Assembly (NCBI GenBank): GCA_965204735.1 | Contig: OZ242008.1 | Coordinates: 2,240,001 to 2,304,000 of the forward strand | Direction: 5' to 3' | Source: Longimicrobiales bacterium | GTDB lineage: Bacteria > Gemmatimonadota > Gemmatimonadetes > Longimicrobiales > Gaopeijiaceae | DNA: 64,000 nucleotides | Shown here: piece by piece, positions 45,001 to 57,000 of the stretch | How positions within the stretch are numbered: the first letter of the stretch is position 1 | How the letters are laid out: each line of letters begins with the position of its first letter | Position numbers and translations under genes: made by a program | The notes under the pieces: model-generated | What the model was told of the DNA's origin: nothing | Seen by the model: only the letters and a program-made list of their open reading frames with translations | Databases searched by the model: none

Positions 45001-48000
45001 GCAGCCCCGTTCACCTTGTGGGCCGAGGCGTCGGCGATGGCGTAGGAGCCCAAGCCGAGCGCGGCGTCGGTGCCCACCGAACTCCGGACCGTGCCGCCGT
45101 TCAGCTCCAGCGCCCCCGCTGCCAGCGAGATGCCGTCGGCGTCGGCGTCGGTCGCGTCCACCACGTACTCGAACCGGAGGCTGGTGTTGCCGCTGCCGCT
45201 CGCGTAGTCGGCGTGCCGGGTCGCCGCGCCGATCGTCAGCGCCGCGCGAGGCGTGCCCGTCACCGTCACCGGGAAGTTGAACCCGATCTCGACGGCGATC
45301 GTCTCGCCCGCGCCGTAGCTGTCGCCGGTGGCCGGCGTGCTCGCTATCGACGCGGCGTTCACCGTCGGCGCCGTCGACGTTCCGTCCACCTTGTGGCCGG
45401 CCGCGTCCGCGATGGCGTGGGCGCCCAGCCCGAGCCCGGCGTTCGTTCCCACGCCGCTCCTGATCGTGCCGCCGTTCAGCCCGAGCGCGCTCGCCCCCAC
45501 GGCGATCCCGGTCGAGTCCGAATCGGCCAGGACCACCGTGTAGCGGAACGTCAGCGTCTTCGTGTTCGTGCCCGAGACGTACGCCGCCTGGCGCGTCTGC
45601 GCGCCGATCGTCAGCGCCAGCTGCGGCGCGCCCGTCACCGCCACGGGAACGTCGAAGCCGACGGCCACGGCAATCGCTTCTCCGGCGTAGTAGGTGTCGC
45701 CGCTGGCCGGCGCGCTCGTCACCGACGCCGACACCACCGCCGGCGTCGTGGCGCTGGCGCCGTTCACCTTGTGGGCCGAAGCGTTGGCTATGGCGTGGCC
45801 GCCCAGGCCGAGCGCCGCCGTCGCGCCCGCCGTGCTGGCGATCGTGCCGCCGTTCAGCCCGAGCGCGCTCGCCCCCACGCTGATCCCGTCCGCGTCCACG
45901 TCCGCCGACTGGACGACGTAGCCGAACGTCAGACCGGCGCCGTCGCCGCCCAGGAGCGCCGCCTGGCGGGTGGCCGCGCCCACGCCCAGCACCAGCTGCG
46001 GGCTTCCGGTCGTCCGCACCTCGAGGTTGAAGCCGACCTTCACTTCGATCCGCTCGCCGGCGCCGTAGGTGTCGCCGCTCACCGGCGCGCTCGTCACCGA
46101 GACGGAAGTCGCCTCGGGCGTCGTGGCCGTGCTGCCCGACACCTTGTGGCCCGACGCGTTGGCCACCGCGTGGGCGCCCAGCCCCAGCGCGGCCGCCGTC
46201 CCGATCGTGCTCAAGATCGTGCCGCCGTTCAGCGAGAGCGCGTTCGCCGCGATCGAGATGCCGTCGGCGTCGGCGTCGGACGACAGCACCGTGTAGTCGA
46301 AGTACATCGACTGGCCCGAGAGCCGCACGAACTCGGCCTGCCGCGTCTGCGATCCGACGGCCAGCGCCAGCCGGGGCGTCCCCGCGACCACGATCGGCAG
46401 CTGGAACGACACCCTGGCCGTGATCTTCTCGCCCGCGCCGTAGGTGTCGCCGCTCGCCGGCGCGCTCGTGATCGACACCGCGCTCACCGCCGGCGCCGTC
46501 GCCGTGCTGCCCGACACCTTGTGGCCCGAGGCGTCGGCCACCGCGTGCGCGCCCAGTCCGAGACCCGCGGCGGCCCCGGCCCCGCTCCGAATCGTCGCGC
46601 CGTTCAGCGTCAGCGCGCTCGCCCCGATGGATACCCCGTCGGCGTCCGCGTCCGCCGCCTGCACCACGTAGCCGAAGTGGAGCGACTGTCCCGACGCGCG
46701 GCTCAACGTCGCCTGGCGCGTCTGCGCTCCGACGGTCAGCGCCAGCCGGGGACTGCCGACGACCGTGATCGGAACCGCCGCGCCGAACCGAACGTGCACG
46801 TCGATCCGCTCCCCGCCGCCGTACGTGTCGCCGCTGGACGGACTGCTCGTGATCTGCACGAAGTCGACGAACGGGGCCGTCGCCGTCGCGCCGTTCACCT
46901 TGTGGGCCGCGTTCGCCGTGAAGGCGCGGGCGCCCAGGGAAAGCTGGGCCGACGCGCCGCCCGGACCCGATATCGTGCCGCCGCCGAGCGTCAGCGCCGC
47001 CGCCGCGACGCCGATCCCGTCGGCGTCCACGTCCCCGCTCCGCACCGTGTACGCGAACCGGACCGCGCGCTCCCGCACGCGCTCCATGGCCGCCTGCCGC
47101 GCGGCGGCGCCGATCGTCAGCGCCAGCCGGGGCGATCCCGTGACCGTCAGCACCGCGCTGAACTCCACGTCCACCCGCACCACCTCGCCCGCGCCGTAGG
47201 TGTCGCCGCTCACCGGCGTCCCCACGAACCGCACCGCCGTCACGACGGGCGCCGACGTCGGAGTCGCCCTCGCCTCCTCGCTCGCGTGTCCCGCCCCCAC
47301 CGAGTTCTGCGCCCGAACCTGGAACTTGTACTCGGTTCCGTTCGACAGCGACGGGACGATGTGGCTCGTCGTGCTGGCGTCGCTTCCCGATATGTCCGTC
47401 CAGCGGGAAAACGGCTCGGTGGCGATCGCCTGGCGGAACTGGTAGCCGGTGAGCGTCGTGTCCGACGGGTCGGTCCAGTTCAACGTGACCTGGGCGTTGC
47501 CCGGACTCGCCGAGAAGCCGGTGGGGGCCGCCGGCGTTCCCAGCAGTCCGTCCACCTTGTGGCTGGCGCTGTTGGCAATGGCGTACCGGCCAATCGTCGG
47601 AGAAGCGATGCTGAAGCGCGTGTTCACCCAGCCGGCGGTGAAGTCCAGCGCGTTGGGACCGATGCTGATCCCGTCGCTGTCCGCGTCGGCCGCCGTGACC
47701 GTGTACTGGAAGCGCGCGCTCGTGAGGCCGGTGCCCGAGTACGCCGCGTCCCGCGTGGCCGTCCCCACGCCGATCTTCAGCACCGGCGAGCCCGTGACGC
47801 GGGGGCGGAACGCCGAAAACGACACCGTGACTTCGATCGTCTGGCCGGGCCCGTACGTGTCGTCCGCGGTCGGCGAACTCGTGATCCGCACGCCGGTGAC
47901 CCAGATGTCGCTGGGCCGGGCCAGCGCGAAGCTCGCGCGTCCCGCCCTGGAGCCCGCCACGGCCCGGAGCTCGAAGCGGTAGTCCACCTGGTCGGTCAGC

Positions 48001-51000
48001 GACGAGACCGTGTGACTGGTCGTGCTCGCGCCGCTGCTCGCCACGTCCGCCCACGCCGTGAAGCTGCCCGAGCTCGACTCGTTGCGGTGTCGGACCTGGT
48101 ACTTGGTGATCGTCGTGTCGCTCGGATCGGTCCAGCGCAGCTGGATTGCGCCGCTGGCCGTCGGCGTCGCCGTGAGGCCGCTGGGCGCCGCCAGCGTCGC
48201 GAGGCTGCCGTTCACCTTGTGCGCCGCGCTGTTCGACACGGCGTTCGCGCCCAGACCCAGGCCGGCAGCCGTGGCTCCGTCCCGCGCGTCCGCGATTCCG
48301 CCGCCGTTCAGCGTCAGCGCGCTGGCCCCGATGCTGATCCCGTCGGAGTCGCTGTCCGTCGCCGCCACCGCGTAGCGGAACGCCAGCGTCTTCGTGCCCG
48401 TGCCGGCAACATAGTCGGCCTGGCGCGTCGCCGCGCCGATCGTCAGCGCCAGCTGCGGCGTCCCCGTCACCGCGACGGAGCGGGCGAACGTCACCTCCAC
48501 CTCGATCCGGTCGCCCGCGCCGTAGGTGCTGTCGCTGGCCGGGCGGCTCGTGATCGTCACGCCCGTCACCGCCGCCGCCGTGAACGTCGCGCCCGCCACC
48601 TTGTGGCCCGAGCTGTTCGACACCGCGTGAGAGCCCAGCCCGAGCGCGGCGTCCGTCGTCCCGCCCGCCTCGTCGATCGTCCCCCCGTTGAGCGTCAGCG
48701 CGCTCGCCCCGATGCTCAGCCCGTCCGCGTCCGCGTCGCCCGAAGCCACCACGTAGCGGAAGACCAGCGACGCCGTCCCCGTCCCGCTGGCGTAGCCCGC
48801 CTGCCGCGTCGCCGCGCCGATCGTCAGCGCCAGCTGCGGCGTCCCCGTCACGTCCACCGCCTTGTGGAACGTCACCGTGACGGCAATCGTGTCGCCCCGC
48901 TCGAACGTGTCGCCCACCACCGGCGACCCCACGGCCACGCCCGTCACCGTCGGCGGACCCCGCGTTCCGTCCACCTTGTGCGCCGCCGCGGCGGCGATTG
49001 CGTTCGTGCCCAGGCCCAGGCCGGCCGCCGTCGCCCCGTCCCGGGCGTCGGCGACCGCCCCGCCGTTCAAGGTCAGCGCGCTCGCGCCGATCCCGAGCCC
49101 GTCGCTGTCGGCGTCCGCGACCCCCACCGTGTAGGCGAACGACAGCGTGTCCGTACCCGTGCCCGAAGCGTACTCCGCCTGCCGCGTCGCCGCGCCGATC
49201 GTCAGCGCCAGCTGCGGCGTCCCCGTCACGCTCACGCGACGGCTGAACGCCACCTTCACCTCGATCCGCTCGTTCAGGCCGTAGGTGCTGTCGCTTGCCG
49301 GGCTGCTCGCGATCGCCACGCCGCTCACCGCCGCCGCCGTGAACGTGCCCCCCGCCACCTTGTGGCCGGAGCTGTTCGAGAGCACATGCGCGCCCAGGCC
49401 CAGGAGCGCGTCCGTCGTCCCGCCCGCCACGTCGATCGTCCCGCCGTTCAGCCCCAGCGCGCCAGCGCCGATGCTGAGCCCGTCCGCGTCCGCGTCGCCG
49501 CTCGCCACCACGTAGCGGAAGACCAGCGACGCCGTCCCCGTCCCGCTGGCGTAGCCCGCCTGCTGCGTCGCCGCGCCGATCGTCAGCACCAGCTGCGGCG
49601 TCCCCGTCACGTCCACCGCCTTGTTAAACGTCACCGTCGCGGCAATCGTGTCGCCCCGCTCGAAGGTGTCGCCCACCACCGGCGACCCGACCGCCAACCC
49701 CGTCACCCCCGGCGGCCCCCGCGCGCCGTTCACCTTGTGGGCCGCGCTGTTCGAGATCGCGTTCGCGCCCAACCCCAGGCTCGCCACCGTCGTGCTGTCC
49801 CGGGCGTCGGCAATCGCCCCGCCGTTCAGCCCCAGCGCGCTCGCGCCGATGCCGATCCCGTCCGCGTCGGTGTCAGCAGCCGCCACCGCGTAGGCGAACG
49901 ACAGCGTCTTGGTGCCCGTCCCAGAGGCGTAGTCGGCCTGCCGCGTCGCCGCGCCGATCGTCAGCGCCAGCTGCGGCGTCCCCGTCACCGCGACGGGCCG
50001 GGCAAAGGTCACCTCGACTTCGATCTGCTCGCCCAGGACGTAGGTGCTGTCGCTAGCCGGACTGCTCGTGATCGTCACGCCGCTCGCAGCCGCCGCCGTG
50101 AACGTGCCGCCCGCCACCTTGTGGCCCGAGCTGTTCGACACCGCAAGAGAGCCCAGCCCCAGCACGGCGTCCGTCGTCCCGCCCGCCATGTCGATCGTCC
50201 CGCCGTTCAGCCCCAGCGCGCCGGCGCCGATGCTGAGCCCGTCCGCGTCCGCGTCGGCCGCCACCACCGTGTAGCGGAAGACCAGCGACGTCGTCCCCGT
50301 GCCGGAAGCGTACGACGCCTGCCGCGTCGCCGCGCCGATCGTCAGCGCCAGCTGCGGCGTCCCCGTCACGTCCACCGCCTTGTCGAACGTCAGCGTGACC
50401 GAAATCGCCTCGCCCCGTTCGAAGGTGTCGCCCACCACCGGCGACCCGACAGCCACCCCGTCTACCCGAGGCGGACTCCCGGCGCCGTCCACCTTGTGGG
50501 CCGCGGCGTCCGCAATCGCGTGCGTGCCCAGCCCCAGCGCCGCGTTCGTCCCGGCGCCGCTCCGGATCGTCCCGCCGTTCAGCGCCAGCGCGCTCGCGCC
50601 CACGCTGATCCCGGTGCTGTCCGCGTCCGCCGCCTGCACCACGTAGTCGAACGTCAGCGTCTTCGTCCCGCTCCCGCCGGCGTACGACGCCTGCGCCGTG
50701 GCGGCCCCCACTCCCAGCGCCAGCTGCGGGCTCCCCGTCACCGTCACCGGAATCTGGAAGCCGACCTGCACCGAGATCGTGTCGCCCGCCGTGTACGTGC
50801 TGTCGGCGCCCGCGTCGCTGGCGATCACCACCGCAAGCACGGCAGGAACCGTCGTGGCGCCGTCCACCTTGTGGGCCGCGGCGCTCGCAATCGCATTCGC
50901 GCCCAGTCCCAGCGCGGCGTTCGTGCCCGTGCCGCTCCGGATCGTCCCGCCGTTCAGCGACAGCGCGCTCGCGCCCACGCTGATCCCAGCGCTGTCCACG

Positions 51001-54000
51001 TCCGTCGCCCGCACCGTGTAGCGGAACGTCAGCGTCTTCGTCCCGCTCCCGCCGGCGTACGACGCCTGCGCCGTGCCGGTCCCGATTCCCAGCGCCAGCT
51101 GCGGGCCCCCCGTCACCGTCACCGGGATCTGGAAGCCGATCCGCACCGCGATCCCGTCGCCGGCGCCGTACGTGCTGTCGCTTCCCGCGTCGCTGAAGAT
51201 CGCTGCCGAGACCACGGCCGGCACCGTCGCCGTCGCGCCGTTCACCTTCCCGGCGGCGACGCCGGCAAGCGCGTGGCTGCCCAAGCTCAGCGCCGCCGCG
51301 GCCCCGAAGGAACTCTGCAACGTGCCGCCGGCCAGCGACAGTGCGCTGTCCGCGACGGAGAATCCGTCGGCGTCCACGTCCGTCGCCCGAACGACGTAGC
51401 CGAACGTCAGGGTCTCCGTCCGGCTGCCGATCAGGTACGACGCCTGCCGCGTCGAGTCTCCGATCGTCAGCGCCAGCTCGGGCACGCCCGTCACGACCAC
51501 GGGAATGCTGAACTCGACCGCCACCTCGATCCGCTCGCCGCCCCCGTACGTGTCGCCGCTGGCCGGCGAACTCGCGACCCTCGCCCCCGTCACCGACGGC
51601 GGCGTCGCCGTGGAGCCGTCCACCTTGTGGCCGCTGGAGTTCGTGATCTGGTGGGTCCTTCCCAGCGCCAGCCTGGCGTTGGTTCCAGCCGCGCTCCGGA
51701 TCGTCCCGCCGTTCAGCGCCAACGCGGTGGGCCCCACGCTGACACCGTCCGCGTCCACGTCGGCGGACTGCACGACATAGCTGAACGCCAGCGACTTGCT
51801 CCCGCTCCCGCCCGCGTACGACGCCTGCACCGTGGCGGCCCCGATCCCCAGCGCCAGCTGCGGGCTCCCCGTCACCGTCACCGGAATCTGGAAGCCGATC
51901 CGCACCGCGATCAGCTCGCCGGCGCCGTACGTGTCTCCCGAAGCCGGGCTCGTGTCGAACCGCGCCGAGGCGACCTCGGGCGGCGTCACGCTCCCGTCGA
52001 TCTGGTCGCTCAGCAGCTCGACGTTCAGCCTCAGCGCCGCATCGGCCCCGCCGGCGCTCTGGATCGTCCCGCCGTTCAGGGTCAACGCCCCGCGCTCGAC
52101 GGTGAACCCGTCCGCGTCCCGGTCCGTCGCCCGCACCGTGTAGTCGAAGGTCAGCGTCTTCGTCCCGCTCCCGCCGGCGTAGGCCGCCTGCACCGTGTCG
52201 GCGTCCAGCGACAGCGCCAGCTGCGGCGTCCCCGTCACCGTCACGGCCAAGTCGAACCCGACCTGCACCGAGATCGTCTCGCCCGCCCCGTACGACCCGC
52301 CGATCGCCGGCTGGCTGGCGGCCGCCACGGACGAGACGGTGGGCGCGGTCGTCGTGCCGTTCACCTTGTGGCCGGCCGCGTTCGCAATGGCGTGGCCGGC
52401 CAAGCTCAGCGTCGCGTTCGCCGCCGTGGCACTCCGGATCGTCCCGCCGTTCAGGGTCAGGGCGCTCCCGCCGACGCCGATCCCGTCGGCGTCCACGTCG
52501 GTGGCGCCCACTTCGTAGTCGAACGTCAGCGTCTTCGTCTGGCTGCCGCTCGAGTAGGACGCCTGCCCGGTACCGCTTCCAATGGTCACCGCCAGCTGCG
52601 GCGTTCCCGTCACGGTCACCGGCACGTTGAACCCGACGGCCACGGAGATCGTATCGGTGGCTCCGTAGGTGTCGCCGTCGTCCGGAGAGCTGCTGATCTC
52701 CACCGAGGTCGCGGCCGGAGTGGCGTTGTTGGAGCCCAACACCTTCTGGCCGGCGGCGTCCTCGATCGCGTGGGCGCCCAAGCCCAGGACCGCGCCGGCG
52801 CCGGCGGCGCTCCGGATCGTCCCGCCGTTCAGCGCCAAGGCGCCCGCCAAGATGCTGATGCCGTTCGCGTCCAAGTCCGCCCGCTGCACGACGTAGCCGA
52901 AGCGCAGCACCTGACCCGTCGTCTCGAGCAACGCCGCTTGGCGCGTCTGGCTCCCGATGCCGATCGCCAGCTGCGGAGCGCCGGAGACCCGAATCGCGAT
53001 CGCCGCCGCAAACTCCACCTCCACCTCGATCCGCTCCCCGCCTCCGTAGCTGTCCGCGGACGCCACCGGCCGACTCGCGATCCGAACGGCGCTCACGAAC
53101 GGGTTCGGGGCGACGGCGCCGTTCACCTTGTGGCCGGACGCGTCGGAGAGCGCATGACTGCCCAGCCCCAGCGTGGCCGCCGCCCCCGCGTCGCTCCGTA
53201 TCGTGCCGCCGTTGAGCGTCAGTGCGCTCGCGCCGATCCCGATCCCGTTGGCGTCCCGGTCGGCCGCCTGCACGGCGTACTCGAAGTGGAGCGTCCGGCC
53301 CGCCGTCCGCAGGTACGTGGCCTGGCGCGTCTGCGTCCCGATCGTCAGCGCCAGCTGCGGGCTGCCGGTCACGGTGATCGGCAGCCTGAAGGTGACGCTC
53401 GCCCCGATCTTCTCGCCCGCTCCGTACGTGTCGCCGCTGACGGGCGTGCTGGTGACCGCGGCCCCCGTCACGGCGGGCGCGGTGGCGCTGCTGCCGGTCA
53501 CCTTGTGGGTCGCGGCGGCGGTGATCGCATGGCTGCCCAAGTTCAGGCTCGCATTGGTGCCGACCGTGCTCCGAATCGTCCCGCCGTTCAGCGTCAGGGC
53601 ACCCGCGGCGATCCCGATCCCGTCGGCGTCCGAGTCCGAGGAGCGCACCGTGTAGCGGAAGTGCAGCGACTGCCCCGCCGTTCGGGTCAGCGTCGCCTGC
53701 CGGGTCGAGTCCCCGATCGCCAGCGCCAACCGGGGCGCGCCCACGACTCGGATCGGCACCAGGGCGCCGAACCGCACCTCGGCCTCGATCTGCTCGCCCG
53801 CTCCGTAAACGTCGCCGATGACGGGCGTGCTGGTGATCCGAACCAGGTCCACGTTCGGGACGGTGCCCGTGCTCCCGTCCACCTTGTGGCTCGCGTTGGC
53901 CGCGTACGCGTAGGCCCCCAAGCCGAGCAGCGCCGCCCTGCTGTTGACGCCGATGATCGTCCCGCCGTTCAGCTTCAGGGCGCCCGCGGCGATCCCGATT

Positions 54001-57000
54001 CCGTCGGCGTCCACGTCGGCCGTCTCCACCGTGTAGCGGAAGTGGATCGTACTGGGCCGAGAGGGCAGGCGTACGCCAAATGCTTGCTTGACGCTGTCCC
54101 CGATCGTCAGCTCCAGCAGCGGTTCGCCGGTCACGGCGACCGAGTCGCTGAAGTCCACTTCGACCCGAACGACCTCTCCCGCCCCGTACGTGTCGCCGGT
54201 GCGCGGCCCGTTGGCGAAGCGCACGCCGCTGACGACCGTGACGGCGACCGGCGTCGCCCTGACTTCGGAGCTCTCCGAGCCGGTCCCGTTGGCGTTCGCC
54301 GCTCGCACCTGGAACTTGTACGCGGCGCCGTTCGTCAGCGACCCCACCGTGTAGCTGGTCGTGGTCGCGCTGCTTCCCGAGATGTCGGTCCAGCCCGAGT
54401 ACGAACCAGCCGCCGGCCCGTGCCGGACCTGGTAGCCGACGATCGTGGTGTCCTGCGGATCGGTCCAGTTCAAGGTCGCTTGCGCATTGCCCGGAGTCGC
54501 GGTCAACCCCGTGGGCGCCGCGGGAACCGATCCTGTTGGCGTGGCAGAAGCGTTGACCTTGTGGCCGGGGGCGTTGACGATCTGATTTGTGCCGATCGCC
54601 GGGGAGACTAGGCTGAAGCTTGGCCGGTAGACGTAGAGCTCTCTGGTGTACGTAAACGCTTGGGGGTCCCAGGTACCGAAGTCCAGTGCATTCGGTCCGA
54701 TGCTGATGCCGTCCGGGTCGTGGTCGTCGCTCACAACGGTGTAACGGTAGTCGAAATAGGTATAATGCATCGTAAGGCCTCCACTCTCGCCCTGGCTCGT
54801 GCGTGTACTGCTGCCGATTTGCAAACTGAGTATAGGTCCCCATGAGTCCGAATCGATGTCATGTCCGTCGATCACGTGGAACCTCACTCGTATTTCTTCT
54901 CCAGTGCGGTAGCTGGCCCCGGTCCGAGGGCTGCTTGTAATCTCGACCCGGTTGATCCGGGCCCTGAACAGGCCGATCGTTGTGAAGGCCGCGTCTCCCG
55001 CCGCGGTACCGACCGTGGCTCGCAGTTCGATCCGGTAGGGCCGGCCTCCGTTCGATACCGTGACTTCGCCGGAGGTCGTCGTCGCACTGCTGGAAGGAAT
55101 GTTCGTCCACCCGGTGAAAGCACCGCCGTCCGACGGTCGGTAGCGATACTGATACCCCGTGATCAAGCTGTTGCCGGGGTTGATCCAGTCGAGCCTGGCC
55201 TGGGTGGCGCCCAAAGGGGTGGCGGTCAGCCCGCTGGGCGCCGCCGCCACCTTGCGTCCGTCGACCGCGTGGTCCGAGGCGTCCGAGATCGCGTGGCCGC
55301 CCAGGCCCAGCCTGGCGTTGATTGCCGTGGCGCTCCGGATCGTGCCCCCGTTGAGCCCCAGCGCGGTCGCTCCGACGCTGATCCCGTTGCCGTCCCTGTC
55401 CGCCGCCACCACCGTGTAGCTGAAGGTGAGCGTCTTCGTCCCGCTCCCGCTTGCGTACGAGGCCTGTCGCGTGGCGCTCCCGATCGTCAGCGCCAACCGA
55501 GGCGTCCCGGTTACGGTCACGGCGATGCTGAAGCCGACCTGCACGGAGATCGTGGCGCCCAGCGTGTACGTGCCCCCTCTCGGCGTGCTGGAGATCGTCA
55601 CGGACGCCACCGTCGGCGCTGTCGTGCTCCCGTTCACCTTGTGCGCCGCCGAGTTCGAGATCGCGTGCGTGCCCAAGGCCAGCGCGGCGGTCGCGCCCCC
55701 CGCGCTCCGGATCGTGCCGCCGTTCAGCCCCAGGGCGCCGGCCGCGATGCTGATCCCGTCGTTGTCCCGGTCGCCGGCCACCGTTTCGTAGCTGAAGGTG
55801 AGGGTCTTGGAACCGCTCCCGCTCGCGTAGGCCGCGTAGCGCGTGGCGCTCCCCACCGTCACCGCCAGTCGGGGGGCGCCCGTCACCGTCACCGCCAGAT
55901 TGAACGCGACCTGCACCGAGATCGTCTCTCCCGCCCCGTAGGTGCTGTCGCTCGCCGGGCTGCTCGCGATCGCGACGGAGGCGACCGCCGGCACCGTCCT
56001 GGTCCCGTTCACCTTGTGGGCGGGCACGTTGGAGAACGCGTGGCTTCCCAGCCCCAGCGTCGCGGCGGCGCCCGTCCCGCTCCGGATGCTTCCGCCGTTC
56101 AGCTCCAGCGCGTTCGCGCCCACGCTGATCCCGTCCGCGTCCAAGTCCGTCGCGAGCGTCTCGTAGCTGAACGTCAACGCGCTCGTTCCGTTCCCGCTCG
56201 CGTAGGCCGCGTGACGGGTGGCGCTCCCGATCGTCAGGGCCAGCCGGGGCGTGCCCGTGACCGTCACGGCGAACCCGAACGACACCCGCACCGAGATCGT
56301 CTCGGCCGCTGCGTAGGTGTCCCCGCTGTCCGGCCTGCTCGTGACGAGAACGTTGGTCACCGCAGGCATCGTCCTGCTCCCGTCCACCTTGTGGCCCGAG
56401 GCACTGCTGATCGCGTGCGTGCCCAGGCCTAGCGTGGCGTTCTGGGCCGACTCGCTGACGATCGACCCGCCGTTGAGCGTCAGCGCGCCGGACCCGACGC
56501 TGATTCCGTCGCGGTCCCGGTCCGTCGCGCGCGCAACGTAGCTGAACGTCAGCGTGCCGGTCCCGGTTCCGCTGGCGTACTCGGCGTGCCGGGTCCTCTC
56601 GCCAATTCCCAGCGCCACGCGGGGCGTGCCCGTCACGCTCACCGGCGTGGTGAAGCCGATCTGCACCGAGATCGTGTCGCCCGCTCCGTAGGTGTCGCCG
56701 CTGGCCGGCGCGCTCGCAATCGACGCCGCGCGCACCGCGGGAACCGTCGCCGTGCTGCCGTTCACCTTGTGGCCCGAGGCGTTGGTGACCGCGTGAGCGC
56801 CCAGCGCCAAGGTGGCGTTCGCCCCGGCCGCGCTCCGGATCGTGCCGGAGTTGAGCGCCATGGCGAACACCGAGACGCCGTCCGCGTCCCTGTCCGCCGA
56901 CCGCACGACGTAGCGGAAGGCCAGCTTCTTGCTGCCGCTCCCGCTCTGATATGCGGCCGTCTTGGCCAGCGAACCGACCGTCAAGGAGACGGTGGGGCTC

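Noticed and set aside
20724..54611. Very long plus-strand ORFs (3971, 2893 and 4332 aa) and many short ones
   Set aside because: Antisense shadows of gene B. They are Arg/Ala-rich, have no motifs, and arise from high GC and repetitive codon use.
54761..54766. Perfect TATAAT on the plus strand (antisense promoter)
   Set aside because: No -35 or extended -10. Explained by Met-His-Tyr-Thr codons in the AT-richer cassette.
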